Shown piece by piece: positions 10,258 through 20,254 of a stretch of 64,000 nt of DNA; within the stretch, counting starts at the first letter, position 1, and every line of letters begins with the position of its first letter. This stretch comes from Thermodesulfobacteriota bacterium (GTDB lineage Bacteria; Desulfobacterota_D; UBA1144; Nemesobacterales; UBA2774). A program made the translations under genes and the position numbers. The stretch is from positions 512,001-576,000 of the forward strand of contig OZ244197.1 of the NCBI GenBank assembly GCA_965216785.1. Direction: 5' to 3'. The notes beneath the pieces were generated by a model. That model saw only the letters and a list, made by a program, of their open reading frames with translations. It ran no database searches and was not told where the DNA came from.

Positions 10258-11367
10258 CTATCTCAATTTAAGCGTCGAAAGCGCGCAGAGCGCCAGTACA
10301 AGCGACACAATCCAAAACCTTATTACAACTTTTGATTCAGACCACCCGCTAAGCTCGAAATGATGGTGAAGAGGGGCCATCTTAAATACCCTTTTCCCTG
10401 TGAGCTTGAATGAAATAACCTGGATTATCACTGACATCGCTTCGAGTACAAATATTCCTCCTACAATAATAAGTAGAAGCTCCTGTTTTATTATAAGCGC
10501 CACCGAGCCTATTGCCGCCCCGAGCGCGAGAGATCCCACGTCCCCCATAAATACCTCAGCCGGGTGAGAGTTGTACCACAGAAACCCAAGACACGCGCCG
10601 CCGACAGCGGCCATAAACACGGCTAGTTCCCCTGCCCCCTGAATGTTAGGTATCTGCAGGTATCTAGAAAACACCACGTTCCCGGCAAGATAAGCGAAAA
10701 TAATATATGTAGCCGCCGCGACAGCTATAGAGCCTATCGCGAGACCGTCCAAGCCGTCGGTCAGGTTGACGCCGTTTGACGCGCCCACTACTACTATTAA
10801 TGCGAAGACTACATAGAGCCAGCCCATGTGAATCACAGCCTGTTTGAAGAACGGCAATACAACAGAAGTAAACGGCAGGTTCTGAACCTTCTCCGCGCTC
10901 ACAGCCATAGAGAAGCCATTCATGTAGCTTACGACCAGAAGTACGAAAAGGAAGCCGAACACAAGCTGGAGCGATAATTTTAAGCGTCCGCTCATTCCCT
11001 TTCCTTTGGAAAATTTTAGCCAGTCGTCTATAAATCCGATAAGAGCGTAGCTAAGCGTGAACAGAAGAACGTACCAGATTACGAGACTTGTAAGATTAAC
11101 CCAGAGTAATGTTGATACTAATACCGCCACCACTATAAAGGCCCCGCCCATCGTGGGAGTACCGGCTTTCGAATGGTGGCTTTCAGGGCCGTCGTCCCTT
11201 ATGCTTTCTTTAAACTGTCTCTTTTGTAGAAACCTTATAAATACCCCGCCCAAAATTATGCTTATAAGAAACGCCGTTACACCAGCCCCTAGCGAGCGGA
11301 AAGTAATGTATTTAAACACATTGAAGAGAATAAAGTCTCCTTTATATAGATAAAGAAGATGTAACAT
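10258..11367 (-). CDS. mraY: Phospho-MurNAc-pentapeptide transferase
   Basis: KAGTPTMGG, NLTDGLDGL, FMGDVGS, MAPLHHHFE. Confidence 0.97.
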   Translation of the reverse strand: MLHLLYLYKGDFILFNVFKYITFRSLGAGVTAFLISIILGGVFIRFLQKRQFKESIRDDGPESHHSKAGTPTMGGAFIVVAVLVSTLLWVNLTSLVIWYVLLFTLSYALIGFIDDWLKFSKGKGMSGRLKLSLQLVFGFLFVLLVVSYMNGFSMAVSAEKVQNLPFTSVVLPFFKQAVIHMGWLYVVFALIVVVGASNGVNLTDGLDGLAIGSIAVAAATYIIFAYLAGNVVFSRYLQIPNIQGAGELAVFMAAVGGACLGFLWYNSHPAEVFMGDVGSLALGAAIGSVALIIKQELLLIIVGGIFVLEAMSVIIQVISFKLTGKRVFKMAPLHHHFELSGWSESKVVIRFWIVSLVLALCALSTLKLR

Positions 11368-11381
11368 CCAGTAAGCGCTCC

Positions 11382-12743
11382 TTAACTCAATTTTTTAATT
11401 ACTTCTTCCATCCGCATGCCGCGCGATCCCTTAACCAACACCAAATCGCCCTCGCACGCATAACTTGTAAGAGCAGACGCTGCTTCTTCGTGAGTGGCCG
11501 CGTGTACGCCCTCGGTCCCGTTTGAAAGCGAGTCCAGCACGGCGGCTCCGAAATTACCGTATGTGATTACGTAATCTACTCCTGCTGAAGATAGGTACTC
11601 CCCTATCCCTTTGTGCTCGGACAGAGCGGCTTCGCCAAGCTCAAGCATATCACCTACTACTGCTACCGCTCGACCGCCGCCTTTCAGGCGCATTAGCTCA
11701 TCTATAGCCTTTCTCATGGAGTCGGGATTTGCATTGTAAGCGTCATTTATGACCTTAAAACCCTGCGGCACGTCGCTCACCTCGAGCCTCTGTTGCACGG
11801 GCCTGAACTTCTCGAGGCCCTCTCTAATCTCATCAGCCATGCATCCAAGCCCATAGGCAATCCCCGCTGCGCACAGAGCGTTCATAACGTTGTGAACTCC
11901 GATGGTGTGAAGTGTGACGGGAAATCCCTCACCCGCGATGCTCATATAGAATTTAATTCCGGTGAAGCCCTTTTCCTCTATCGAGTCTCCCGTGATAAAT
12001 GAGCCTTTGGACTCTATACCGTATGTAATTTTTCGGCAGTCCGCTTCATCGGCTATATGCTGCACCCTATCATCATCTGCGTTCACGACAAATACACTGT
12101 TCTTACCAAACCCCTCGACTATCTCCGCCTTTGCTTTAGCCACCCCTTCTATACCGCCGAGTTTTTCCAGGTGAGCCCTACCAATATTTGTTATGGCCCC
12201 CACATCAGGCCGCGCGATCTGAGACAGCCTACTTATCTCACCGAACTCGTTCATACCAAGCTCGACTACAGCCATCTCATAACTATCGTCAAGTTCAAGA
12301 AGCGTCAGCGGAAGTCCGATAAGATTATTAAAATTACCCGTATTCTTAAGAGTTCTATAATTTTGCGACACTATACTCCATGTCATTTCTTTCGTGGTAG
12401 TTTTTCCGTTTGAGCCCGTAATTGCGGCAAGCTCTATATCGCTCAACGAGCTTCTCCAATTCATGGCAAGGTCACCGAGCGCTCCTAGGGTAGATCCGAC
12501 CTGCACCAGTCTTGCGTTTTGTATTAAGTTCTCCGGGACCCTCTCCACAACCGCGGCTGACGCACCTTTTTGGAAAGCCTCTTCGATAAATTTGTGCCCG
12601 TCAAAGTTCTCACCCCTAAGGGCAAAAAACACATCACCCGGGCTTATAGTCCTGGAATCGGTTGAAACGCCCTTTACTGATCCCGCGTCCTCGCCAGAGA
12701 CAAGCTTGCCCTTTGTTGCTTTGAGTAAAAAGCTAAGCTCCAA
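11382..12743 (-). CDS. murF: UDP-MurNAc-tripeptide--D-Ala-D-Ala ligase
   Basis: TDSR, GSNGKTTTKE, NNLIGLPLT, DAYNANPDS, LVKGSRG. Confidence 0.96.
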   Translation of the reverse strand: MELSFLLKATKGKLVSGEDAGSVKGVSTDSRTISPGDVFFALRGENFDGHKFIEEAFQKGASAAVVERVPENLIQNARLVQVGSTLGALGDLAMNWRSSLSDIELAAITGSNGKTTTKEMTWSIVSQNYRTLKNTGNFNNLIGLPLTLLELDDSYEMAVVELGMNEFGEISRLSQIARPDVGAITNIGRAHLEKLGGIEGVAKAKAEIVEGFGKNSVFVVNADDDRVQHIADEADCRKITYGIESKGSFITGDSIEEKGFTGIKFYMSIAGEGFPVTLHTIGVHNVMNALCAAGIAYGLGCMADEIREGLEKFRPVQQRLEVSDVPQGFKVINDAYNANPDSMRKAIDELMRLKGGGRAVAVVGDMLELGEAALSEHKGIGEYLSSAGVDYVITYGNFGAAVLDSLSNGTEGVHAATHEEAASALTSYACEGDLVLVKGSRGMRMEEVIKKLS

Positions 12744-12764
12744 AACTACCTCCGTAATTACAAT

Positions 12765-14255
12765 CTAATTAGCTCGATCCCTTAGCGCATCGCCCGCGAT
12801 AATCCTGTCGTCAAAGGGATATTTTTTCGTTCCTAAAATCTGATAATCCTCGTGCCCCTTTCCGGCAATGAGCACGGTGTCACCTTTCCGTGCAACGCTA
12901 ATCGCACGAAGGATCGCCTCTTTTCTATCCGAAACCCTGAAGTAAGGTTTCTCTCTACCTGCGCCTTCAAGCACTCCCTCTTCAATATCGTCTATTATCT
13001 TTTCCGGAGATTCGGTACGGGGGTTATCGGATGTCACTAATAGAATGTCTGAAAGCTCTTTACCAATCAATCCCATTTTAGGACGTTTTGTTCTGTCTCT
13101 GTCACCGCCGCAGCCGAATACCAGTATAAGATTTCCCGAGGTCAGAGGTCTTGCCGCCCTGAGCACGTTTTCAAGCGCATCAGGCGTGTGCGCATAGTCT
13201 ACCAGCACTTTTATTCCCAGCGTGTTTTCCAGGCTCTCCAAACGCCCCGGTATCACTTCCGCACCCGATAGCCCTTTCTCGATGCTATCTATAGAGGTGC
13301 CAAGGGATATGGCCGTAGCTGTAGCCGCGAGTAAATTTGAGAGGTTGTGGGCCCCGTATAGCTTAGAATTAATATTCAGCGTGCCGGCAGGTGTTTTCAC
13401 CCGGGCGGAAATACCTCTTTCTGTAATCTCCGAGCTCTCGGCATACACTGAAGCGCTTTGGTCGTCGGCAGAATACGTTACCACTTCTCCCGCTGCGTCT
13501 TTTATTATGTCATCCCCGTATGGATCATCAAGATTTATTATGGAGAACTTTCTTTCCTTCTCGCTTGCTTTCAGAATATCCGTAAATAGAGCCTTCTTTG
13601 AATTTAAATAGTTCTCGATGGTCCCATGATAGTCCAAGTGGTCCTGGGTCAGATTAGTGAATACGGCTGCATCAAAATGGCACCCCAGAACTCTTTTTTT
13701 ATCAAGAGCGTGCGAAGAGACTTCCATCGCCGCAATCTCTACTCCTGAATCTCTCATTTCTCTAAACATCCTCATTAAATCCAAAGACTCGGGCGTTGTC
13801 ATAAGCGATTCCGTTTTATTTTCGCCGTAGCGGTAATCAATGGTACCCAAAACCGCAGAGTTAAGCCTGTCTTGTCTCCATATGGACTCGAGCAGATAAG
13901 TAATGGTAGTTTTTCCGTTTGTGCCGGTAATTCCAACAAGCGAGAGCTCTTTTGTGGGGTGAGCGTAGAAATTAGCCGAAACACCCGCAAGCGCCGCTCT
14001 TGAGTCCGGAACCTCTATTACTGTCACTCCCTTATATACCGATTCGGGAGCCCTTTCGACCATTAGTGCCGAAGCGCCGTTTGCAACAGCGGATTCTATG
14101 TACTTATGGCCGTCTGTCTTCTCACCAATTAGTGCGACAAATAAAAATTCTTTCTCTACTTTATTCGAATCAATTGATATACCGCTAATATTTATTTCGC
14201 CCGTGCCTGTGCGTTTAGTTACCTGGATTCTTTCTAATAAATCACTCAGAATCAT
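12765..14255 (-). CDS. murE: UDP-MurNAc-dipeptide--meso-DAP ligase
   Basis: GTNGKTT, MEVSSH, DYAHTPD, DNPR (meso-DAP specificity motif), GKGHEDYQ. Confidence 0.96.
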   Translation of the reverse strand: MILSDLLERIQVTKRTGTGEINISGISIDSNKVEKEFLFVALIGEKTDGHKYIESAVANGASALMVERAPESVYKGVTVIEVPDSRAALAGVSANFYAHPTKELSLVGITGTNGKTTITYLLESIWRQDRLNSAVLGTIDYRYGENKTESLMTTPESLDLMRMFREMRDSGVEIAAMEVSSHALDKKRVLGCHFDAAVFTNLTQDHLDYHGTIENYLNSKKALFTDILKASEKERKFSIINLDDPYGDDIIKDAAGEVVTYSADDQSASVYAESSEITERGISARVKTPAGTLNINSKLYGAHNLSNLLAATATAISLGTSIDSIEKGLSGAEVIPGRLESLENTLGIKVLVDYAHTPDALENVLRAARPLTSGNLILVFGCGGDRDRTKRPKMGLIGKELSDILLVTSDNPRTESPEKIIDDIEEGVLEGAGREKPYFRVSDRKEAILRAISVARKGDTVLIAGKGHEDYQILGTKKYPFDDRIIAGDALRDRAN

Positions 14256-16177
14256 ATTTTCGGCTGCAGCTCAATCGAACAAACCATTCCCTCTTGAATG
14301 AAATCACCTGGTGAAGGGTCCTGGTCCGTTACATAGCCGCTCCCCTTTACTTCTACTTTCACACCTTCCGCCTCTGACCACTTAAGAATATCTCTCACAC
14401 TCATACCGCTTAAGTCGGGCATGATTTTCGTACCCGCGTATACTTTATCGGGTGAGACGCCCATATGGAATAATACTTTTTCCGCTATCTCCCTAAATAT
14501 AGGTGCTGCGACCGATCCCCCGTGCGTCTTGTTCCTGGGGGCTTCAACAACAACCGCCATAGCTAGCTTGGGGTCGTCCGTGGGTGCTATTCCGATAAAA
14601 GATGCTATATAGCGGTCTTTGTAGTAACCGCCGTTTCTGGGATCGGGTATCTGAGCAGTACCTGTTTTACCGCCGACTGAAAATCCACTAATCTGGGCTC
14701 TTTTACCTGTCCCCTCTTCCACAACCTTCTCCATTATTAATTTCATTTGATAAGTCGTATCGTAGGACAATACCCGCGCATGCACCTCGGGCTTTCTTTC
14801 TCTAATAATAGTTCCGTCAGAGCTCATAATTTTTTTGATAATATAAGGCTCCATCAGATATCCGCCGTTCGCGATCGCCGAGAGCGCCGTGACGAGCTGT
14901 AAAGAAGTTACAGATATACCCTGACCAAATGAGATTGTGGCAAGCTCTATTTTCCCCCACTTCTTAGGGGCCAAGACTTTTCCACCGGACTCACCGGGGA
15001 GATCTATTCCGGTTTTATCACCGAAGCCGAACTTCTTTAGATAGCTGTGGTATTTATCTCTCCCGAGGAGCTCTCCGATCTTAGATGCCCCAATATTACT
15101 GGAGACCCTAACTACGTCTGCGAACGTTATAGTCCCGTAGGGTTTTACATCTTTTATTACTTTCGCCCCTACCTTTCTTCTACCCATTTCACAGTCAAAC
15201 AAAGAGTCGGGATTAGCCTTATTCTCCTCTAGCGCCGAAGCCGCCAGGAAGAGCTTCATAGTGGAGCCGGGCTCATACGTATACCAGATCGGCAGGTTTC
15301 TCCTGTTTGCCTCTGGGTATGTACCGTAGCTGTTGGGATCTATAAAGGGGTAAGAGGCCATAGCCAATACTTCTCCTGTCTCAGGATTCATTAGAATCGC
15401 CATACCCTTCTCGGCATTCATGGCTTCGATTCCCTCTTTAAGCTCCCTTTCCACAATGTGCTGGATCTGCGAGTCTATAGTCAGCACTATATCGTGTCCA
15501 GCGGTGTTCTCTTCATCAAAATCCTGTACAATGTCAGGATTTTGAATGATTTTACGTCCGAAGGCGTCTCTTTTTAATATAATATTTCTGGGCGTGCCGA
15601 TAAGAAGGTCATCGAATCGGTACTCTATCCCCTCGATTCCGTTCGAGTCAATATTTGTGAATCCCAGGACTTGTCCCAAAAGATGACCGTTCGGATAAAT
15701 TCTCTTTGGCTCCTCGATAAAACCTACGCCCTCTAGATCCAACTCTTCGAGCGTCTCTGTTACATCAGGGTCGACTAGTCTCTTTAGCCAGACAAAGGAC
15801 CTTTTTGACGATGCTCTCGAGAGCACGGTTTTCTGAGATACATCAATATATTTTGATATTGTTTTTGATATGTCGACAGGGTTTGCTATATCTTTTGGGT
15901 TAACATATACAGATTTAACGTCCACATTTACGGCAAGCTCTTTTAAGTTTCGATCAAGAATCTTTCCCCTTCGGGGCAGGAGCTTTGAGCTTCCGTGGTG
16001 TTGCTTTTTCGCTATTTTAAATGCACGCGCTCTGTCCAGCACCTGCAGCTCAAGCGCCTTGAACGATATAGAAGCAAAGAGCACAAGCAAGAGAAAGCCT
16101 ACGATGGATACCCTCCATCTGGGCCTGTTCAGGTCTCTACCGAGTGATATTCTTTTGGAATTTTTTTTCTTTTTCAT
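14252..16177 (-). CDS. ftsI: Class B penicillin-binding protein FtsI with C-terminal PASTA domain
   Basis: RGKILDR, STMK (SxxK), SSN (SxN), KTG; C-terminal MPDLSGMS...GSGYVTDQDP. Confidence 0.95.
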   Translation of the reverse strand: MKKKKNSKRISLGRDLNRPRWRVSIVGFLLLVLFASISFKALELQVLDRARAFKIAKKQHHGSSKLLPRRGKILDRNLKELAVNVDVKSVYVNPKDIANPVDISKTISKYIDVSQKTVLSRASSKRSFVWLKRLVDPDVTETLEELDLEGVGFIEEPKRIYPNGHLLGQVLGFTNIDSNGIEGIEYRFDDLLIGTPRNIILKRDAFGRKIIQNPDIVQDFDEENTAGHDIVLTIDSQIQHIVERELKEGIEAMNAEKGMAILMNPETGEVLAMASYPFIDPNSYGTYPEANRRNLPIWYTYEPGSTMKLFLAASALEENKANPDSLFDCEMGRRKVGAKVIKDVKPYGTITFADVVRVSSNIGASKIGELLGRDKYHSYLKKFGFGDKTGIDLPGESGGKVLAPKKWGKIELATISFGQGISVTSLQLVTALSAIANGGYLMEPYIIKKIMSSDGTIIRERKPEVHARVLSYDTTYQMKLIMEKVVEEGTGKRAQISGFSVGGKTGTAQIPDPRNGGYYKDRYIASFIGIAPTDDPKLAMAVVVEAPRNKTHGGSVAAPIFREIAEKVLFHMGVSPDKVYAGTKIMPDLSGMSVRDILKWSEAEGVKVEVKGSGYVTDQDPSPGDFIQEGMVCSIELQPKI

Positions 16178-16515
16178 TCCATCTTATCACTAAGAATGTG
16201 TTTTTGCTCAATATATACAATGTCTTGCTGAGTAGGAAACTTGAACCCCAACTCCATTGCCGTACCCTCAAGGCTATCGGCGGATATAGCTCTCATAAAT
16301 TCCGACTTAAGCGTCTTATTCTCTTTTAGCAGCTCCTTGGCCTCTTTTTTGTTCCAGGAGATCTCATATCCTAGCCTTATGCCTTCAGCTTTAATCCTGA
16401 GATATCCAAGCGCCAATACTACTGAGAGCACAACTAGGAGCAGTAAGCCGCCAGATACCGCTTTCTTCGCTTTTTTTATTTTCTGTCTCGCACCTAAAGT
16501 GCCTGACTTAGCCAT
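16174..16515 (-). CDS. ftsL: Cell division protein FtsL
   Basis: TM plus short coiled coil, located between rsmH and ftsI. Confidence 0.8.
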   Translation of the reverse strand: MAKSGTLGARQKIKKAKKAVSGGLLLLVVLSVVLALGYLRIKAEGIRLGYEISWNKKEAKELLKENKTLKSEFMRAISADSLEGTAMELGFKFPTQQDIVYIEQKHILSDKME

Positions 16516-16517
16516 CT

Positions 16518-17477
16518 TTATATCCTCTCTCCTACTCTGAGCTTCGCGCTTCTCGCCCTCGGGTTATCCAGAATTTCGTCCTGCCCGGGCACTATGGGAG
16601 AGCGGGTGAGGATCTTTAATTCTCGTTCTTTTCCACAGCCGCATTCAGGCATTTCGGGAGGGCATACACATGGGTTAGATAAACGCTGAAATGCGCTCTT
16701 AACAAGCCTATCTTCAAGTGAATGAAAAGAAATTACAACGAGCCTCCCACCTGGTTTTAGCAACGAAATAGCTTTATCTAAAAACTCTTTTATATTGTCC
16801 AGCTCATTATTCACTGCGATCCTAAGCGCCTGAAATGTCTTGGTAGCAGGATGAATTCTAGCAGGATGAAACTTTTTCGGAATTGCCCCTGAAACTACTT
16901 TGGCAAGCTCTGCCGAGGTTTCGATAGGTTTCAGGTTCCTTGCCTCAACTATATGTTTGGCGATTTTCTTAGCCCACTTTTCCTCGCCGTATATCTTCAG
17001 GACTTTAGATATCTCATCAACACTCATCTCGTTCACCAGATCATGCGCGGTAAAACGAAGCCTGGGATCCATTCTCATATCCAGCACTTCGTCTCTCATG
17101 AAGCTAAATCCCCGCTCGCTCGACTCAATCTGAAGAGAAGACATCCCCAGATCCGCGACTATGCCGTCCACAAGATCTATGTCCAGGTCTTCCAGCACAC
17201 TGTCTATTTCTGAAAAATTGCTGTTTCTCAGTACAATCTGGCTCTTATACTTTGAAAGTAGATCGGCCGAAATAGATATTGCTTCCTCATCCACATCAAG
17301 ACCGATAACTCTGCATTTATATTCTGTATGTTCTAGTATTGCCTGCGTGTGACCGCCAAGACCGAGCGTGGCATCAACGTATATTCCCTCTCTATCGGTC
17401 ACCAAGTAATCCGTAACCTCTTTTGTCATAACCGATTTATGCATCGGCTTAGTCATGTCTAGTAGTGGGCTTTCCAT
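16518..17477 (-). CDS. rsmH: 16S rRNA C1402 N4-methyltransferase
   Basis: DATLGLGGHT, DLGMSS, LDMRMD, FQALRIAVN, NPRARSAKLR; start at ATG 17477 or 17456 rather than inside mraZ. Confidence 0.95.
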   Translation of the reverse strand: MESPLLDMTKPMHKSVMTKEVTDYLVTDREGIYVDATLGLGGHTQAILEHTEYKCRVIGLDVDEEAISISADLLSKYKSQIVLRNSNFSEIDSVLEDLDIDLVDGIVADLGMSSLQIESSERGFSFMRDEVLDMRMDPRLRFTAHDLVNEMSVDEISKVLKIYGEEKWAKKIAKHIVEARNLKPIETSAELAKVVSGAIPKKFHPARIHPATKTFQALRIAVNNELDNIKEFLDKAISLLKPGGRLVVISFHSLEDRLVKSAFQRLSNPCVCPPEMPECGCGKERELKILTRSPIVPGQDEILDNPRARSAKLRVGERI

Positions 17478-17481
17478 AGTT

Positions 17482-17928
17482 TTAGAGTCCTTGTCCGGCA
17501 AGTGTTTCTCTACTCTTTTTAAATTCTTCATAGGCGCGCTCTGACTGCTCGACTTCCCAAACTTCCTTAGACCATATCTCTATTCTGGTAAGCATACCTA
17601 CCATTACAACATCTTTATTTATATGCGCATGGTTTCTGAGCGGTTGCGGTATGAGCACCCTCCCCTGACCGTCGAGCGGGCAGTCGACCGCCCCGCCCAT
17701 AAGGTAGCGGAGAAATGATATAACCTCTTGTTTGAACTGAGGGAGCTCAGACACTTTACGCTCAATCTCGTTCCATTCCTTTAGAGGATACGCGACAAGG
17801 CATTTATCGAAGTTCGTTATTACAAAGGTCTCATCCCCGTATTTTTCCTTACAGACTTCCCGGAATTTTGCGGGCATGCTCACTCTGCCTTTATCAGTCA
17901 TTGTGTGCTCGTAACGTCCTCTGAACAT
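17482..17928 (-). CDS. mraZ: Transcriptional regulator MraZ
   Basis: MFRG...DKGR..P..FR and D.QGRVLIP duplicated AbrB-like motifs; first gene of dcw cluster. Confidence 0.96.
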   Translation of the reverse strand: MFRGRYEHTMTDKGRVSMPAKFREVCKEKYGDETFVITNFDKCLVAYPLKEWNEIERKVSELPQFKQEVISFLRYLMGGAVDCPLDGQGRVLIPQPLRNHAHINKDVVMVGMLTRIEIWSKEVWEVEQSERAYEEFKKSRETLAGQGL

Positions 17929-17934
17929 TATAGT

Positions 17935-17996
17935 ACCATCTTATGCCACTTTATACCACTCTGAACCACTATATAATTTTGTATTAAGTTTGTCAA
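17935..17996 (-). promoter_or_regulatory. dcw sigma70 promoter with MraZ operator repeats
   Basis: Minus strand TTGACA-N17-TATAGT (17996-17968) followed by AGTGGTTCAG/AGTGGTATAA/AGTGGCATAA/GATGG, i.e. GTGG boxes at 10-bp period as described for MraZ sites. Confidence 0.85.
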
Positions 17997-18191
17997 GTAA
18001 GGTTTTGTAATTTATCAATTTTTTCGAAATTACCGATAGGCAGATTTAAAACTATTTTTCTACTCGTTTTTACTTTATTATTATAAACAGAATCAGATAG
18101 AACGTGAAGGCCAATACTTCAACTATGCCTCGCAACTACCCTATATTCATAGATATTTAATTTTAGCAAAAATCCGCTATAAAATTATACC

Positions 18192-18208
18192 ATGCCATTT
18201 TATACCAC
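18192..18208 (-). promoter_or_regulatory. Second MraZ-like operator copy
   Basis: atgccattttataccac matches 16/17 with atgccactttataccac at 17943-17959. Confidence 0.55.
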
Positions 18209-18345
18209 CACAAGTTTTCAATTAGAGCAAGTATCCGGGATTTTTCAGTGTTTTTAAGATATAGTAGAATCGGAAAATTGGATAAATTGATATATAATTC
18301 CCGTACTTTGTATCTTGGTGAAAATATATTTCTGGATTAACTTCT

Positions 18346-18567
18346 ATGCCGGTTATTCGTATAAAATTAAGAGATAACAGCGAGGCCGTGTATTTCCAAT
18401 CCATCATGGGAACCTACTCACACCTTGCATGGGTAAGAACGGACGACCCCAGCTCCGGAGTCATCAATATTATAACAACCCCGGACAGGGAAGATGAAGC
18501 AAGGACGCTTTTACATGAGCTAAAGAGTGAGCTGGATTTTGAAGAGGTTGAACAAAGCGGTGAATAA
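18346..18567 (+). CDS. Small DUF4911-like protein
   Basis: YFQSIMGTYSHLAWVRTDDPSSGVI..ITTPD..DEA..LL pattern recalled for DUF4911; upstream of murJ. Confidence 0.65.
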   Translation: MPVIRIKLRDNSEAVYFQSIMGTYSHLAWVRTDDPSSGVINIITTPDREDEARTLLHELKSELDFEEVEQSGE

Positions 18568-18588
18568 TAGTAATCATACAAGAAACAG

Positions 18589-20163
18589 ATGAAACAACAC
18601 GAAGAAATAACCCGTTCCGCAGGTCTTGTCGGCTCGCTCACTCTGCTTAGCAGAATAGCCGGATACGCCCGGGATATGGTCATAGCCTATTTCTTCGGCG
18701 CGTCCGCCTCAACAGACGCCTTCTGGGTAGCGTTTAGAATCCCGAACCTCCTGAGGAGGCTCTTTGCCGAAGGCTCGCTCACTATCTCTTTCATCCCGGT
18801 CTTTACCGATTACATTGAGAAAGGAGATAAAAAAGAGGCTAAGAAGGTTGAGGACGCGGTATTTACAATACTCCTTTGCCTCCTAATAATCATATCCGCC
18901 CTGGGAGTAATTCTTTCTCCTTACATAATAAAAATATTCGCAGCGGGCTTTGACGCACAAACATTTAACCTGGCGGTAACTCTTAACCGCTACATGTTCC
19001 CCTATATACTGTTCATTTCGCTTACCGCTCTGTCCATGGGCGTATTGAATTCGCTAAGGCATTTCTTCGCCCCGGCTATCTCTCCAGCCGTTTCGAATAT
19101 CTGCATTATAGCAGCGATATTTTTAATACACAGAAGCCTAAACGTCCCCATTTATTCAGCCGCGGCGGGAGTAATGCTGGGCGGTGTTCTTCAACTCGTG
19201 ATTCAGATCCCGTTTTTAAAATCCCGCGGTTTTCTATTCGGATTTAGTAAGAGCTGGGGACACCCGGCGGTCAAGCGTATTGCATTATTAATAGTCCCGC
19301 AGCTCTTCGGTGTTGCCGTTTACCAGCTAAATATAATAGTCAACACTCAATACGCCTCGTTTATGCCTCAGGGGAGCATCTCCTACCTCTACTTTGCCGA
19401 GCGGCTCATAGAGTTTCCGCTCGGGATAATCGCCGTATCGATCGCGACTGTGCTCCTTCCCAGCCTCTCATCGCACGTTTCAAAGGGGGAATTCGGGAAA
19501 TTCAGAGAAACCTACTCCTACACACTCAGGCTCATGCTATTCATTCTGATTCCGGCGCTGGTCGGCCTTATAGTGCTCAGGGTTCCCATCTGCAACCTCC
19601 TGTACCAAAGGGGCGAGTTTAGCTACGCAGCAGCCCTCTTCACCTCTCAAGCGCTATTCGGCTACGCGATCGGGCTATGGGCTGTAGGTGGCATAAGGAT
19701 TACGGCTCCTGCTTTCTACGCCATGAAGGACACTAAGACACCTGTCATAATTGCTTTTGTTGCGTTCATTGCAAATGCGGTACTTGGTTATGTACTCGGA
19801 TTTACTTTCGGCCTTCTTCACACCGGGCTTGCTATTTCAAGCTCTGTCTCTTCTATAATTAATTTCCTGCTGCTTTTTTATCTTGTAGAAAAAAGGGTTG
19901 GTGACATAAAGGTGAGATCCATACTTGCTCTGTCTTTAAAGCTGATAGCGATATCCCTCGTTATGGGTTTTGCGGCGTGGAAATTCTCAGGGCTTGCAGA
20001 TTGGAGCGAAGCCCAATTTTCATGGCAGAAAATCGGGGTATTAGCAGGCTCAATTGTCATTTCCGCGGTGGTTTACTTCGCACTCGCCAAACTGCTGAGA
20101 GTAAAAGAGTCGGATTTCCTGTTCGCTATGATCCGCGGCAAATTCTCAAGTGCGAAGGGATGA
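18589..20163 (+). CDS. murJ: Lipid II flippase MurJ (MviN)
   Basis: SRIAGYARD, AFRIPNLLRRLFAEG, AERLIEFPLG; multiple TM segments. Confidence 0.96.
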   Translation: MKQHEEITRSAGLVGSLTLLSRIAGYARDMVIAYFFGASASTDAFWVAFRIPNLLRRLFAEGSLTISFIPVFTDYIEKGDKKEAKKVEDAVFTILLCLLIIISALGVILSPYIIKIFAAGFDAQTFNLAVTLNRYMFPYILFISLTALSMGVLNSLRHFFAPAISPAVSNICIIAAIFLIHRSLNVPIYSAAAGVMLGGVLQLVIQIPFLKSRGFLFGFSKSWGHPAVKRIALLIVPQLFGVAVYQLNIIVNTQYASFMPQGSISYLYFAERLIEFPLGIIAVSIATVLLPSLSSHVSKGEFGKFRETYSYTLRLMLFILIPALVGLIVLRVPICNLLYQRGEFSYAAALFTSQALFGYAIGLWAVGGIRITAPAFYAMKDTKTPVIIAFVAFIANAVLGYVLGFTFGLLHTGLAISSSVSSIINFLLLFYLVEKRVGDIKVRSILALSLKLIAISLVMGFAAWKFSGLADWSEAQFSWQKIGVLAGSIVISAVVYFALAKLLRVKESDFLFAMIRGKFSSAKG

Positions 20164-20198
20164 TTTTGATTCGCACAAATTGCGAGGCATATAAAAAT

Positions 20199-20231
20199 GG
20201 GCTGACAGTGATATTAAATCACCCCCAGCCC
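20199..20231. terminator. Possible terminator hairpin between convergent murJ and cellulase
   Basis: GGGCTG...GTGAT-attaa-ATCAC...CAGCCC imperfect stem; A-run on the left gives a U-tail for the minus-strand transcript. Confidence 0.45.
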
Positions 20232-20254
20232 CGCTATTTCATCTTTAAAGTTAA

